Shown here piece after piece: positions 25,101 through 38,600 of a stretch of 64,000 nucleotides of DNA. Under the pieces are notes generated by a model. The model was given only the letters and a program-made list of their open reading frames with translations. It did not search any database and was not told where the DNA came from. A program made the position numbers and the translations under genes. The stretch comes from Trichosphaerium sp. ATCC 40318 (lineage: Eukaryota > Protista > Tubulinea), in NCBI GenBank assembly GCA_038496445.1, contig JALMLS010000288.1, positions 101,530 through 165,529 of the forward strand. The letters run 5' to 3'. The first letter of the stretch is position 1; each line of letters starts with the position of its first letter.

Positions 25101-27787
25101 CTAAAAATATACTGCGTCTAAACATAAGATCATAGTTAGCTCCTGTTCTTATAATAGTACAAATAAGATTCTTCTTATCAAGGACTCACCCGTATCAACT
25201 CGTCATTAAGGTTTGAGTTCTTTGGCGTACAGCCAAGACCCTCTGTAGTCATTTCAGTGTCCCATACCATCCAAATAGCTTGGAACAATTTTGCTAGCTC
25301 TACAGTGACCTGTTGAATAAAACATAAGCAAGTGACTAAAACTACAAGCTATTCACATAGAGTGATACGTACAAAAAGAGAAATCGGAATGAAGTAAGAA
25401 AAGATGGCGAAATACCGAAGAAAGACTAATATGCCTTCAATAGCAGGATCTTCACCTCCAGCTAAATGAGGAGAATCTCTAACTTCTCTTCCCTAGAATA
25501 AAACGGTTAAAGGATATACAAACAGAACAAATAACTCACTTGAAACAAACCACCAGCAATAGAAACAATAAGCAACATGAGAAGTTTAAAGATAAATACA
25601 GCAAGAGCTATCCTAAAAGCAAATTGTCAAGAAAGCTATAAGAAAAAATCAAGAACCCTCACTTGTCAAGGAAACGATCCACTTGAGACCTTTTAGAAGG
25701 TGGTGAAGATGCATTACACATAAGCTTTGTGTGCTTTCCAGGATACACCACAATACCATAAATCCAATCTGTGTTGCGCAAACTGCATCCCTAGAGCAAA
25801 AAAAGTAAGCACAGTGAAATAAAAATGATATTGAATGACATCAATGGCACATACACGCATGAGTAGGTTAGATGCATCAAGAGATATATCATGTTGTTCA
25901 TCATCTGATCCAACAGTAATATTGGTAGTCGCTTTGAACTTACTGAGGAGTGCCCTCGGCGCTTCAGCTTTTAGAGTTCCCTTCAACAATATTAGACCTT
26001 ATTTATCTAAAAACAAGCTAGAGAAGAAAAAAAATAAAAAAACACGTGCCTTAATGTTGCATAGCTCATTAACATCAAACTCAGCTGTAACACTAATACT
26101 TTGCCTGGATTTTAAGGCTGTTTCACTAAAGAATAAGAGAGTTAAGACGAATTGTATTGCGCAATAATACAATTACATTCAAAAAAAATCAAAATAAAAA
26201 CTTGCCCATCTAAACTAGACGTTTCTATGTAACAGCGACCACCAGTAGATGATGAAGATATACATACAAGATCAGCGGGGAAAGCTCCTTTTCTTGAAAC
26301 CTGTAGGCCTTGTTAACCAAAAAAAACAAGCAAAGAAAGAAACATAATAAAAGAAAAATATTTTGAGTAATCAGGCGCCAACTAAGGCCTATAAGCGTTC
26401 CCCAATTTGTTACAAATACATAAGCAATGTGAAAAATTTTAAGCGTTAGACTATACAATGTATATGTAATCCAATCAAAAAAAAAGTACTTCAAGGAATC
26501 AAAAAAGAAAAGCAGACCGTCTTCCGGACTTACTCTTATAATATCACCCGTGTGTATATCTTTACTCTTTTTAACAACTATAGCCTTACTAACTGGATCA
26601 TAAACATCAAACTTTCTGTTATTCTCCTTCTCATCTTCTCTCCAACGTTTCTTTTCGAAAAACCAAATAAGCAAATGACATAAAAAAAAAAGAAAATACT
26701 CGTACATAGTCTTCGTATCCTTCTTTAACCATAGCAACACCCACTACAAATACAAGAGGGAATATTGAACTGAATGGATTCAATGAAGAGGCCGCAGGAA
26801 TAAGAGTAATAATAGCAACCAACAAGAAATAAATATTCGCAACTCTAAAAAGAAAGTCAATAATACTCACTAATCAGCCAACACAATTATTAATGAAGTG
26901 CTTATTCTTTTTCCCAAACAACAGGAAACAACAATAAAAAATATTTCACAAAAAAAAGATGACACGTGAGACACCAAACGAAAAGACTTTACAACATTCA
27001 AAAAAGAAATAAAAATCAACGCGGTTTTTTTGTTTGTTCGCATTACGTACCGTCTGAACTGTTCATAAAGTTGTCTTGGAAAAAATGTAAGTGCTGTGTA
27101 CTTTGTTGTTGTATAAATATTCTTCTTGAACTTCTAAACAGGGTGTCACCACAATTAGAAAGAGAACTAAAAATAAAAAAAACTCCAAAATAAAATAAAA
27201 AATAAACAAATAAAAAATCATACTCACCACGGGATTATTTTGCCTTGCATTAGCCGCTGCATCATTAAATTGTATTGTAGGATATATCCCTGAGCTATCA
27301 TCGCTTTCTTCTTCACTACCGCTGTCTTTATCTTCGTCACCATTATCGTCACCGTCATCGTCATCATCGTCATCTTCTGTTTCATCATCAGATGAATGGC
27401 CGCTCAAATCAAGTTTTTCCTTGTTTGGTTTATTTAGGGCAGATCGCGCCGTTAAATCTACTGTAGACGAGTCTGCACGTGAATCATCGACATGAACGAC
27501 TGCAATGCGGCTACGCAAACGTCAATTAACGGGATATCTTGTGCTTTTATTCAATAAACACTTTGGGGCTGTTACAGGAGGCTGAAATGTGACGAAACAC
27601 GGGTTTTGGGGTTTATGGTGGTTTTTGGGCTTTTAGCTTACCTTGGTTTTCTCGCCATTGTGCTGGAAGAAACGGAATCGTCTGAAGGGTTTGTCATTGG
27701 AGACTCAGAGTAGTCGCTTTCGGAGGACGACTCGTCAACGCTATCTGCACTTGTTTCATCCTCAGAGGACGTCGTGACACTTGACAT
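22159..27787 (-). CDS. P4-type ATPase (phospholipid flippase), about 20 introns
   Basis: [81 protein letters not shown]; acidic N-terminus. Confidence 0.95.
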
Positions 27788-28124
27788 TACCCTACGTATG
27801 TTTAGAAGCAATAGGGAGAACCACACCCCAAATTAGAGTTTGCCCGCGACACATGTGCATTACTGGCGCGTGGCTGTAACTAAATGTACCTTTAACAGTA
27901 AAAACGTCGCTTTGGTAGTTTTTTTGGGGCAAAGTGTGGCTAAATGCGTATAAACGCCAGATTACTGCAGTTTATAGTATCTGGGGTATGTTGACGCTAT
28001 AGAAAGCTAAAAGAAGCAAGTTGACCCGGTTGTGCGTTTTGGGTCGGCGCTAAAGAAAATTCGCAGACTCTTCAGATCAGGCTTGTTTTACTTCTACGAC
28101 TATCGCAACGCGTACTAAGTCACA

Positions 28125-28502
<378 letters not shown>

Positions 28503-29254
28503 AAAACCCTTATTGTACTATCTAAATCCATAAACTTTCATTTCTGTGACAATTTCACCTATTTCTGCACGTACACCGCTAAAATAACGTAGACGCAGCC
28601 GTAAACCTTAATTAGCGGCTACTTTTTTTTTCTTTTTTTTGCATGCATCCCTTTGATCATTCTGACAACTAAATTGCCTGTTATCTCTTGTTGTGTACAA
28701 CCAAAAGTGTTTTTTTGACCTGTCAGCAATGATATCTTTTTGCAATCAAAAACTGCTCTACGCGCGTACAGTATGTACTCATCAGTAAGAACTCGGGTAG
28801 TCAAGAATAGTACAGGTTAATAAAACAGCTAGCTAAACCTAGCAACGCTTTGCCATTATGAATTAACAGCTTTTCAGAACACAGGTGATTTACTTACTTA
28901 CGTAAATCATACTTTGAAACGTCAATCAAAAATGAGAACAATTTGTAGGAGTAGTTAGTGAGAGTCAAATAATAAATTGCCACAATAACAAACTGTTTGG
29001 TACTTTTTTTCTTATTTTTGAAAAGTCACGTGAACTTGTTGATTAAGCAGAGTACAAGATTGGTAACATTTGTACAGTATTGTAGTTTTTGGCATCTGAT
29101 TCGCGAGTGTAGCCAATTGTATTTGAATGAGACAGCAGATTGCAGTTGAGCGCCCACTCTAGGTTTAAATGCACTTGTTTCCTGCTTAAGGTTCTTAACT
29201 AGTTCACTAAGGCAACCTACAAATCACTTTTCCGATTATTATTACTCTGCGGTA

Positions 29255-30559
29255 ATGGCTAGTGTACGTTATAATGGCAGAAATCCTTGTTTCCTTGAAA
29301 CAATACCAACAGAGCTCATTGTTAGCATTTTTGAGTACACTCCAAATAAAACACGCTATCCAGTCGCTCAGACTTGTTGGCTGTTCTATGACATTATCCA
29401 CAGACACGTTGGTTACGGTTTAATAGATATAAGGTCATCGGAGTCCATAAAGCGTTTAATCAAGCAAAAATCGCTGTTGAACAATACTCTTGTGTCAGTA
29501 AGGAAATACAAGGCGTCAGACGAGGAAATAAGTTCATTGGCGGGTGTTAAAAAATTATCAATAAGGCGCTTGGCAGTGACTGATACGTGCCTTCGGGCAC
29601 TCGCTGGTGTTGCTGAAATAGATATATACATATGTAAACGTATTACAGATAAAGGTATACAATTCTTGTCAGGCGTACATACCATAGATATAAGCTGTAT
29701 GGACCATTTGACAGATGATTCATTGGATGCTATTTCAGGTGCTTACAATGTAAATATTGCAAGTTGTTATCGTTTCACTGATAAAGGATTAAAATGTCTT
29801 GCTGGTGTTCATACTATAGATATCAGCTCTTGCAACTTTACTGACAATGGTGTAAAAGCACTTGCTGGAGCTCACACAATACTTATGTTTGGTTGTTTCG
29901 GCATTGATGGTTCTTGTTTTGAACACTTGACTAGACCTAAAAACAGTACAGGTGAAATGTGTCTTCACACAATTGACATTTCTGAATGCGACTTTGTGTC
30001 TGTTGAACATTTAAAACAACTATCAGGTGTAAATACTATCATCTTAACCGATTTGACTGTAAAAGATGAAGATATCACACCTTTTGTTGGTGCAAGTGTA
30101 CTCGACTTGAGTGGGTGTCAAGAAATAACTCTTGCTTCAATATCAGCCTTTTCTGGTATTCACACCATCTCTTTGAAGCGGTTAACCATACAAGACTCAT
30201 GGCTTGGATGTTTATCAGGGGTGCACAAAATAGATTTGAGTTGTTGTAAAGGTGTAACTGATAACGGATTGAAATCACTTGCAGGAGTGCATACTATTCA
30301 CTTGAATGATTGTAGTGAAATCACAGATGAAGGTGTTATTCATCTTGCTGGTGTACATGAGATATCCTTAGTTAGGTGTACCAAGATAACAGATAGAGGA
30401 ATAAGGGCCCTTGCGGGTGTTCATACAATAAGATTAAAGGGGTGCTCTCTTGTGACAGACAAAGGGATATCAGTTCTTGAAGGAGCTTTTAGAGTTTTTA
30501 TTGCTGGTACAAAGTGTACCCTAGCTGCTGTTGTTGCATTAGGTGCTCAATGTAATTAG
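29255..30559 (+). CDS. F-box-LRR protein (intronless, about 13 LRRs)
   Basis: LETIPTELIVSIFEY...AQTC F-box followed by GVHTIDLS-type repeats. Confidence 0.9.
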   Translation: MASVRYNGRNPCFLETIPTELIVSIFEYTPNKTRYPVAQTCWLFYDIIHRHVGYGLIDIRSSESIKRLIKQKSLLNNTLVSVRKYKASDEEISSLAGVKKLSIRRLAVTDTCLRALAGVAEIDIYICKRITDKGIQFLSGVHTIDISCMDHLTDDSLDAISGAYNVNIASCYRFTDKGLKCLAGVHTIDISSCNFTDNGVKALAGAHTILMFGCFGIDGSCFEHLTRPKNSTGEMCLHTIDISECDFVSVEHLKQLSGVNTIILTDLTVKDEDITPFVGASVLDLSGCQEITLASISAFSGIHTISLKRLTIQDSWLGCLSGVHKIDLSCCKGVTDNGLKSLAGVHTIHLNDCSEITDEGVIHLAGVHEISLVRCTKITDRGIRALAGVHTIRLKGCSLVTDKGISVLEGAFRVFIAGTKCTLAAVVALGAQCN

Positions 30560-31264
30560 GTGTGTGTATATTAAACGCCATGTAAATAATATACATGGTA
30601 ACATTTTGATGCTGTTAAATGGACATAAATAGTCAAACGTCAATTTCGCAAGATTGTGTATTTTATAGTTGTTTTATTTCCGTGTACTAGTTCCAGCTAC
30701 ACTTTCAAGACAGTTATATTAATCGCCAAAGCCATAAAAGCTTGTATAGTTGTAGCACGTGCATGTATTGTTAATGAATTGGTATGACTTTATACACTCA
30801 CGGCTGAATAATGTGGTCATTTCTACAAATGAGCCAATGTCATTTAGTTCTACCTTTTTTGAAGTGACTTCAAGCCACATATTTTTTTGGGAAAAGTCGA
30901 ACTGAGTCTCAAGTTACAAAAAAAGAAAATGAAATCGCGCCTTGGCTGTAAAATAGCATGAGTTTATTGTGATTCTTTGGTATTGCAAACTTCATCATAT
31001 TCATGCGCTTCATCTTCTATGTACAATGGCCATTTACGCTAATTCCGTGTTCTTCGTTTACATTCTCCCAAATTTCTGTCCAATGTGATTTCCACAATTA
31101 CCAACCTGAATACTTATGATTGCACGCTCAGAACTCATATCACCTGCGTATTTCTACCTCACCGTAATTATATGAAAAGCTAACATTGTCAATGTATATT
31201 GTTCAATTACAGCATTTGCTTCGGTATTACAACAACATAGAAACCAATGATCATGTGCAAAATA

Positions 31265-31660
31265 AATTTGTGGCCAATAGTTTGAATAAGTATGAACAAT
31301 CAATCTCATCAATCGTAACGTACTGACAATTTGTAACACTAATTATTCTGACACCAGTTAATGCGAACACCAACATCTGTAATATTACACTCTGCAAGCT
31401 TAATTGTGAGAAAACCAGCCAAAGCTATAATGCCATCATCTGAAACTTGCTTACAACGCGATAAACTAATTTCATGAACCTGCCAATGCTCTAATACCTT
31501 TAAGAGCATCATCTGTAACATGTGTACAATAGTTTAAATCAATTTCATGAATGCCTGATAGTGATTTAATACCTTCCTTCTGTACCACGTGTACAATATC
31601 TTAAGCCAATCGTATGAACGCCAAACAATGATTTAATACCTCAATTTGTAACCTTTGTTG
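31265..31660 (-). pseudogene. Degenerate, repeat-collapsed copy of the 6049-8166 LRR gene
   Basis: Starts like TKVT..GIKSL.GVHTIGL..CTR and ends like LTGVRII.VT.CQ.VTID, with frameshifts and only about 5 units. Confidence 0.8.
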
Positions 31661-31803
31661 TATACAAACTTGTTAGGGTGTCAACAGATAATCTGAATAT
31701 TAACTTAGCAAACGTGAACTAATTCTTTAAGCCACATATTACTTAGTTAATTCTCAGGAAATAGTCTTTGAATATTCAACATACTAAATAAGCACCACGT
31801 ACA

Positions 31804-32457
31804 ATGGAAGACCCAAACAAAATACCTCTAGGTAACGCAAATAATAACATATTCGATCTCCTGGCACTCCCAGTTGAAATTATAGTTCATATTTTGAGGT
31901 GTGGCCCATATTCAGTGCTGAGGTCAGCACAAGCATGTCATTTTATGCGAGATATTGTAAACAACCATGTTGGATATCGTTACATAAACGTTAAAAATGA
32001 AAGTGAGTTCTCGATGCTTTGTGGAAGCCCTTTGCTTAAAAATACAACTATTTCATTGTATGGCTGCAGAGAAATTGTAAAAGATGACCATCTTCGTTTA
32101 TTATCAGGTGTACACACAATAAACTTGATGGTATGTACAGGTGTTACAGATGGAGGGATCAAAGCATTAGCTGGTGTGCATTATATTGATTTATCGCATT
32201 GTCCAGGAATAACAGATGAGGGTGTTAAAGCTTTGGCTGGTGTACATACAATTGATTTATCTGCAACAAATGTAACAGATGCAGGTATCAAGGCATTGGC
32301 TGGTGTACATACGATCAATTTGAGTTATTGTTATGAAATAACAGATGACGGCATCAGAGCGTTAGCTGGTGTGCACACTATTTCTCTAAGAGACACAAAC
32401 GTGACTGTAGAAGGCGTGAAGGTACTGGTGGGTGTGCACAGAATTCATTGGCGATAA
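31804..32457 (+). CDS. F-box-LRR protein (short, about 5 LRRs)
   Basis: DLLALPVEIIVHIL...SAQACHF F-box related to 11612 and 20735, followed by LAGVHTI repeats. Confidence 0.9.
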   Translation: MEDPNKIPLGNANNNIFDLLALPVEIIVHILRCGPYSVLRSAQACHFMRDIVNNHVGYRYINVKNESEFSMLCGSPLLKNTTISLYGCREIVKDDHLRLLSGVHTINLMVCTGVTDGGIKALAGVHYIDLSHCPGITDEGVKALAGVHTIDLSATNVTDAGIKALAGVHTINLSYCYEITDDGIRALAGVHTISLRDTNVTVEGVKVLVGVHRIHWR

Positions 32458-32737
32458 GCGGTTATATTTTAGACACCTGATACTTGCTACTGAATAGGAG
32501 AGGCTTTTGAAATAGCTTCTGTTGATCTTAAAATAAAAATCGATGTTTTCACTTCAACTAACAGTGAATTCCTCCACGTGTTGGATTTTTTTATTTTTAA
32601 AGTGATTTTCCGTGACTTTATTCGGGTATACAAAGCTCTCTTGATAAATTAAAGGATCGATTTATATGTCTAAAACGATTGAACTTATTAATAAGTAACT
32701 TTGGGACGGTATAAAGGTGTACGTTTGTTGTGCTTGA

Positions 32738-35237
32738 GAGAAAGTTTTGTTTTATTGTACATTCAAGTTTTTATTTACACTTGAGTTAGAGCGTTGTTCA
32801 ATAAGTTTTTAACGTTCATTAGAATTGCAGTTTACGATATTATTGATACATAGTAATTCTATTATCTCAAAATCCAGAAATAATTTCGCCTTATAAAGGA
32901 TTAAAACGCATTTTCTGAAGATAAACAGCCAGTTTTTTGATCAACTGAAAAGCGAGGAAACTTTGATAGGGATACCTTCCACTACGTCACTGTGTAGTCG
33001 CTATGATTATTGAGCAATGTTTTGTAAGAACTATTTTGCCAACAGTCACATCCGTATACTGCAGTGGGCGTGTATAATTGAAATAAGTGAGCGCTGTACG
33101 GAAAAAATATGGATGTTCGCAAAAGGCAAAGTTTACAAAAGTAGGTTCTGTAGCAATCTCTTGTGATACGTACCAAAGAGTTAGTAGTTTCTCTTGCGTA
33201 AGAAAATAAACCAAACATCCTCTTGGTGGACATCAGCGATGAAGAGACATTAGTCCTCATCAAGCTACAAACGCTAGATGCTAAGTTAAAAAGTGTTGCA
33301 CAGCTAGCTAGGTAGATAATTTGTTGTTACCTATTACTGCGGTATAATGTGCCCCTATTTACTATCAAACCGCCATGTACTGTAGTGATTTTTAGTACTG
33401 AAGAAGGATGTGAGGACGGGAACTAAAACAGTTTATGTTGGGTTGATAAAAACATACATGTTGGGAGGACAATTTAAACTGTAAAGTGTCTATCAGGTAT
33501 GAGCGACTGTATTGTTTAGCAAGCACTCTCTTCTGAATCACATGTTTTTATCACTGCTTCATTGTTGTTGTGCGGTATAGCTACTATACAACTACACTGG
33601 TTTCTTTCAAGAGTATGGAAAAAGTATTTTCTTTTAAAACTTCATACTGCAACTTGTGATATGCAAACAAAGATCGTTCTTACAGTGAGAGCGATGTCAG
33701 GCAGTTTTAAAATATAACTACAAATACTGCAATGTAACTTGAACATAGGGCACTTTCTTAACGCCAAGGCATCCTACAGGGTAGCAGAAAGGTCATTGTA
33801 AATAACTTGAGATTTGCGGAGACAAGAATGCTGTCGCTGTGGGATTGATAGCGCTGGCAGGTATGAGAGCCTTGTTGTAAATACTGCGATCCTACAGGTG
33901 GGATATTTAGTGCACTTGGACTTGGACTGAGGATGGGTACTACAAGAAAAAGTGTGGCGTAGTCACTTTTTGCAATCTTGTTTTTTTTTGGTTTTGAGAA
34001 AAAAGCACTCCCTTTGAGATTGTTATTGTTCTCAAATTTTTGTTACCAACAGTTAAACAGACATGTGATACAGTTCATAGAAGTTATTCGGGTCGGCAGA
34101 AGAGCGAAATTATTTGTAAAATCAATAGTTCACTGAACACATTGAATAGACTAAAACACCAAAAAACAAGCTCAAAACTCTTCCACGTGTTCAGATTTTA
34201 ATGTTTAAACGATATTAACATCATTTAATACAGCGTATCACATTACTGAGCCCATGGGCTCGGACTTTTTTTTTCGTGTAAAAACCCAACACAGCTGTTG
34301 CACATTATGTTTATTTATTCTTCTGGTTTTTTTTTTTCATTAGCGCGAACATTTAAATAGTTGTTGGGTTTTTTTTTCGTGCACACGTGCTTTTAAGTCA
34401 ACATTGTTGATCATTTACCAATAACCCTCAAACAAACGACAAGCTCTAGTTGACGTACAAGCCCCTCCACTCATGAACTATTCATCGATTCTACTCTATC
34501 TCTGCTTTTCATTAGCACTGGCCTTCAATTATAAAGCCGTTACTCTCAACATACGCAACACTTGTCGTGGCTGTCGTAAAGACATGTATGCTGGTCAATT
34601 TGTGTACTGTGATGGTTCTTATCCCGGATCAACAGTAACACACTGCAGTCGGGTTGGCGGTTCTGGAGAATGTTCCTTCCCTCGAGATACCTCAGTTACA
34701 AAATTTCAATGTGAACAACTATGCAATGCAGACGACCGCTGTAATTACTACACATCCATCTACAACAGTATATGTAACCTATTCTACATGACAGGCTGTT
34801 CAAACGATTACAGTCCAGCAGCTGGAGATACATACGCAAAGGTTACTAGAGAGAACACAATGATAATGACAAAGACAAAGAGCGGCCAATACCATGGAAC
34901 AAATGCTCCAATTAAGTACCGATACGCTTACACTGATGGAACCTATTCTCCTTACAGCGCTGCTCTTGATGATCCCCGAATCAACGAGTTCCAATCAGGC
35001 GCTGTTGATGTATTCTACATGGTCGCACCTACAAAGAATGGCGACAAGGCACTTCAAGGTGTTGAGATGAAAATATTCGCAAACGATGGCTGGGAGTTCT
35101 CAGAAGTTCAAATCTTTAACTCTTTTCGTTTCTGTTGGAAAGGCGATGCTGCTATCCACCCTCTTACTACTGCAAGTGTTGTACTGCCTCTCAACGGTGA
35201 TTGTAGCGCCTGTACTCGCTAAAGTGCTTTAATAAAG
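32738..35237 (+). repeat. Direct segmental duplication, copy 2
   Basis: Colinear with 16881-19341. Confidence 0.9.
34473..35222 (+). CDS. Secreted PAN-like + PLAT protein, paralog of 18563
   Basis: About 90% identical protein. Confidence 0.75.
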   Translation: MNYSSILLYLCFSLALAFNYKAVTLNIRNTCRGCRKDMYAGQFVYCDGSYPGSTVTHCSRVGGSGECSFPRDTSVTKFQCEQLCNADDRCNYYTSIYNSICNLFYMTGCSNDYSPAAGDTYAKVTRENTMIMTKTKSGQYHGTNAPIKYRYAYTDGTYSPYSAALDDPRINEFQSGAVDVFYMVAPTKNGDKALQGVEMKIFANDGWEFSEVQIFNSFRFCWKGDAAIHPLTTASVVLPLNGDCSACTR

Positions 35238-35633
35238 TTATTTATAAGTTGTAATTCCACGTAATAAATGCCCCATGAAATTTATACAATTTCTTGGTCA
35301 CTAGTGTCCTTTGGCCGGTGCTGTGGTACACGCCGTTTCCAATGGCGTGGGCCTATGTGGGTTATTAAGGAGAGAATGGTTGCTCGGTATCTTTTGTGAA
35401 CAGGCGCCACATTGTTCATCAGAGCAATTTCCAACTGTTTACTGCTTTTCTTAATACTCTTTGACTAAGTTGTGCGTTACCTAACAATGTACCTTATAGA
35501 CTAGTCACAAGACATAAAGCTAGATAACACGCCTTATTGAGGTAGTACCACGACAGGAGTTTTAAATAGTTTGCTAATGGAGGAAAACACACGTGTATGA
35601 GATAGTAAACGTCTGTATTTATTTGTTTACGGT

Positions 35634-38600
35634 TTACTTCATTGCACTCTCCAATAGAGCCATTGAGTACGCCCATCTATTGTAGTTAATACCAAACAAG
35701 GCCTCGGTCTCGTAATCAGCCTTGGAAGGCTTCAGGCTATTAATCTCATCTACAGCGGATGTGTACATTGCGTTGTATCCTTTGAGTGTTGTCATGAACG
35801 CATTTGTGTCTTTCAATGCTTGATATCCCATCAACCTTCCAGCGGATGCTGCATCTGAAATGCGACCACCAGATACAGTGTGAGCACCTGGTGTTACACG
35901 TGTTTCATCAAGGTTCTTCTTGGCAAGATTTGCGTGAATCAATTTACCAGTTAATCCAGACATGAGAGCATCATCAACAGGTCCGATAGCAGTCACTTTA
36001 ATTGTCACCTAGTCGAAGAAAAAAAATCAGAAAAAACTCGGAAATTATTAGCTATAGAGGCACTCTATCATGGAGCAAACTATGCCCCAAGATCATGGAC
36101 ACATGATATGGTAGTTTCAGGATAGATAGTTGTTGATAAAGTTGAGTTTTTAAAGAAAGAATTTGCGTTTAAATTTGTTGAGTTTTTTTGTTGTATTAGA
36201 CGTACATTGTTTGAGGTTGATAACATTCCTGTACGTATTACTGTAGTCAAACGATCACCTTCATAAGACCATGTGTTTCCACCTGAAGTACCACCAGTAA
36301 TGGCAACGCCATTTATACTTCCTGACTTCAATGGCAAAAAGTTGACGATTCTTAGTTCATATTCACGTGTTTTAGGGAATGAAGGATAAGGAGATTGAGA
36401 TCCAACTCCTGATATCGTGAATGTCATTGAGTCTGATGTACGCGTATAACTTAACTTTGTGAACACGTGTTTGTTATCAAGGTAATCCCTTGTGATACCA
36501 TCGTCTTCATAAAGCTCACAGAATCCCTTGTTGGTACCTGGGTTGACGTAGAATACCAAGTTTGTGTATTGTCTTGAAGCTAATCCAATAGAACCGTGTG
36601 GTACGTTTCTCGCACGTATGATAGAGCCTTAGCACAATGTTAATAGACGATGGTGATGACTGAGTGGCAAAGAAGTGAAAGAGTTGCAAACTGGATTTGG
36701 CGTTTTTGATTGTATGTACCTGCTTTGGTGAACATTGGTATTTCGGACAAGTCGTATCCTTTAGTGAGGACAGTACTTCCATCAGAAGCACCTGTACGCA
36801 TTGTATGTGTATTCAAATCAAACCACTGACCAGGTGGGATCCAAACGGATTTCTAAATCAAATAAGAAGAGAAACAACACTTGATAAAATAGTACATCGG
36901 AAAATGATTCTTACCTGAGCAAGGCTTGTTGTCTTGTTCGATGGTGTAACAACAGGTGCTACGATTATATCATCAAACAAGAAATATTGAGCATAATTTC
37001 CTGATGCATCAGCGAGGTAAGCCTTGTCGAATTGAGGGAACCTGAGGAAAAAAAAAGTCAAAACAAACAAGAAAAAAGAAAATTTGAACGTACTCATAGT
37101 ACATTGGCCTTATAAGCGACACTCCAGAGTCAAAAGCTTCCCTTACACCTGTGTATATGTATGGTAATAAGCTTTCACGCAACATGTACGCTTCACGATT
37201 GATATCAATGTATTTATACGGAACCTAATCCAAAAACAAAAACGTCAAAATTACTTTAACAAATTATGAAAGATACCTTCCAAGGCGCAACAATACCACA
37301 ATTAGGTGGATCATTGTTCATACATCCTCCAGCGGACATTCCTCTATCATGTGTACGGAATACAGGAGACATAGCACCCCACTGAATCCATCTGGTATGC
37401 AATTCGTGATCATCTGAAGGACCAACAATATCTACAAGACACTTAATTTCAATGCAAAACGAAAGTAAAGTCATCGATTTTTTCAGCACTCGGCGTACCA
37501 TGAGACCACAATCCGTAAAGGACATTACTTGCTGTGAGCGTGTAGTACGGTTGGTAAGCAAGGTTTGCCCATGTGAGACCGGCTACATCACCAGAGAAAC
37601 CAACTTGGTACCTATGATTTCCCATACCGCCCCAACGTGCTAAGACAAGTCCTCGCTTATTCTCGCCACGTCTCAAATGATCAGTGACACGGACTTGGTT
37701 CAAACCAATTGTAGGATTCTGTTTACCACCAGCACAACCGCCTTGTTTACCACCTTGTTGCCAATCTATAATCAATGGTGTTAATAAACGCAGAACTCAT
37801 CAAGAAGGTCGACAAAGTTGTTTTTAGTTCGTTAAGTTTTTGATTTCCGTCTCTGACTTACCAATCCACCAGAAGTCCATTCCCATGGTTTCATCATAAT
37901 CCATTACTATATCTTCAAGAGCATGCATGTAATCCTTTGAAACAACCTTGAAATGAATAGTTTCGGTGGAATTTGGGTTCATGCCAAGTGCTTTTGCCAT
38001 TTCTTTGTATTTATCTTCAGTCGATCGAACACCATCGTTATCATGAAGATTAGCGCCAACGTAAAGATCTATAAAAGAATATTTAGATACCTCCGAACAA
38101 GGAGTAAAAGAATGGTTCGAAGTTGTCGGCTAGGAGGCAAAAAAAAACCCAAACAAAAAGTGGAGAAAAAACTAAAGGTTATTTTACACACCTTTGCTGT
38201 GGAGCCAACCAAGCGTATCTGCTGGTTCAGGAAATAAACGCCTATCAAATGAATATCCTCCCCATCCTGTACAGTACGAAATGTTAGTTAAAACACTACC
38301 AGCTTAACACAACCAAAACTTAAAACTTTAGGGAAAAAGTGTTTTGTTTTTTTTACCGTTTCGTATCACGTGCCTTGCTTAGAATGCCAATCCATATCTA
38401 AGATATATGTATCAAGTGGAAATCCAAATCTCTCGTAATTCTCAACAATCTCAACAACATCAAAATTGTTAACATTGAGCCAGATAGACCTGAGAAAGAT
38501 TCATTTGAAAACTGCTAATGAAAAAAAAACCCAGTTGTCTTACCACCATATACCCATCGCATGACGTGGAACCATAGGTACCTTACCACCGATCATTTGG

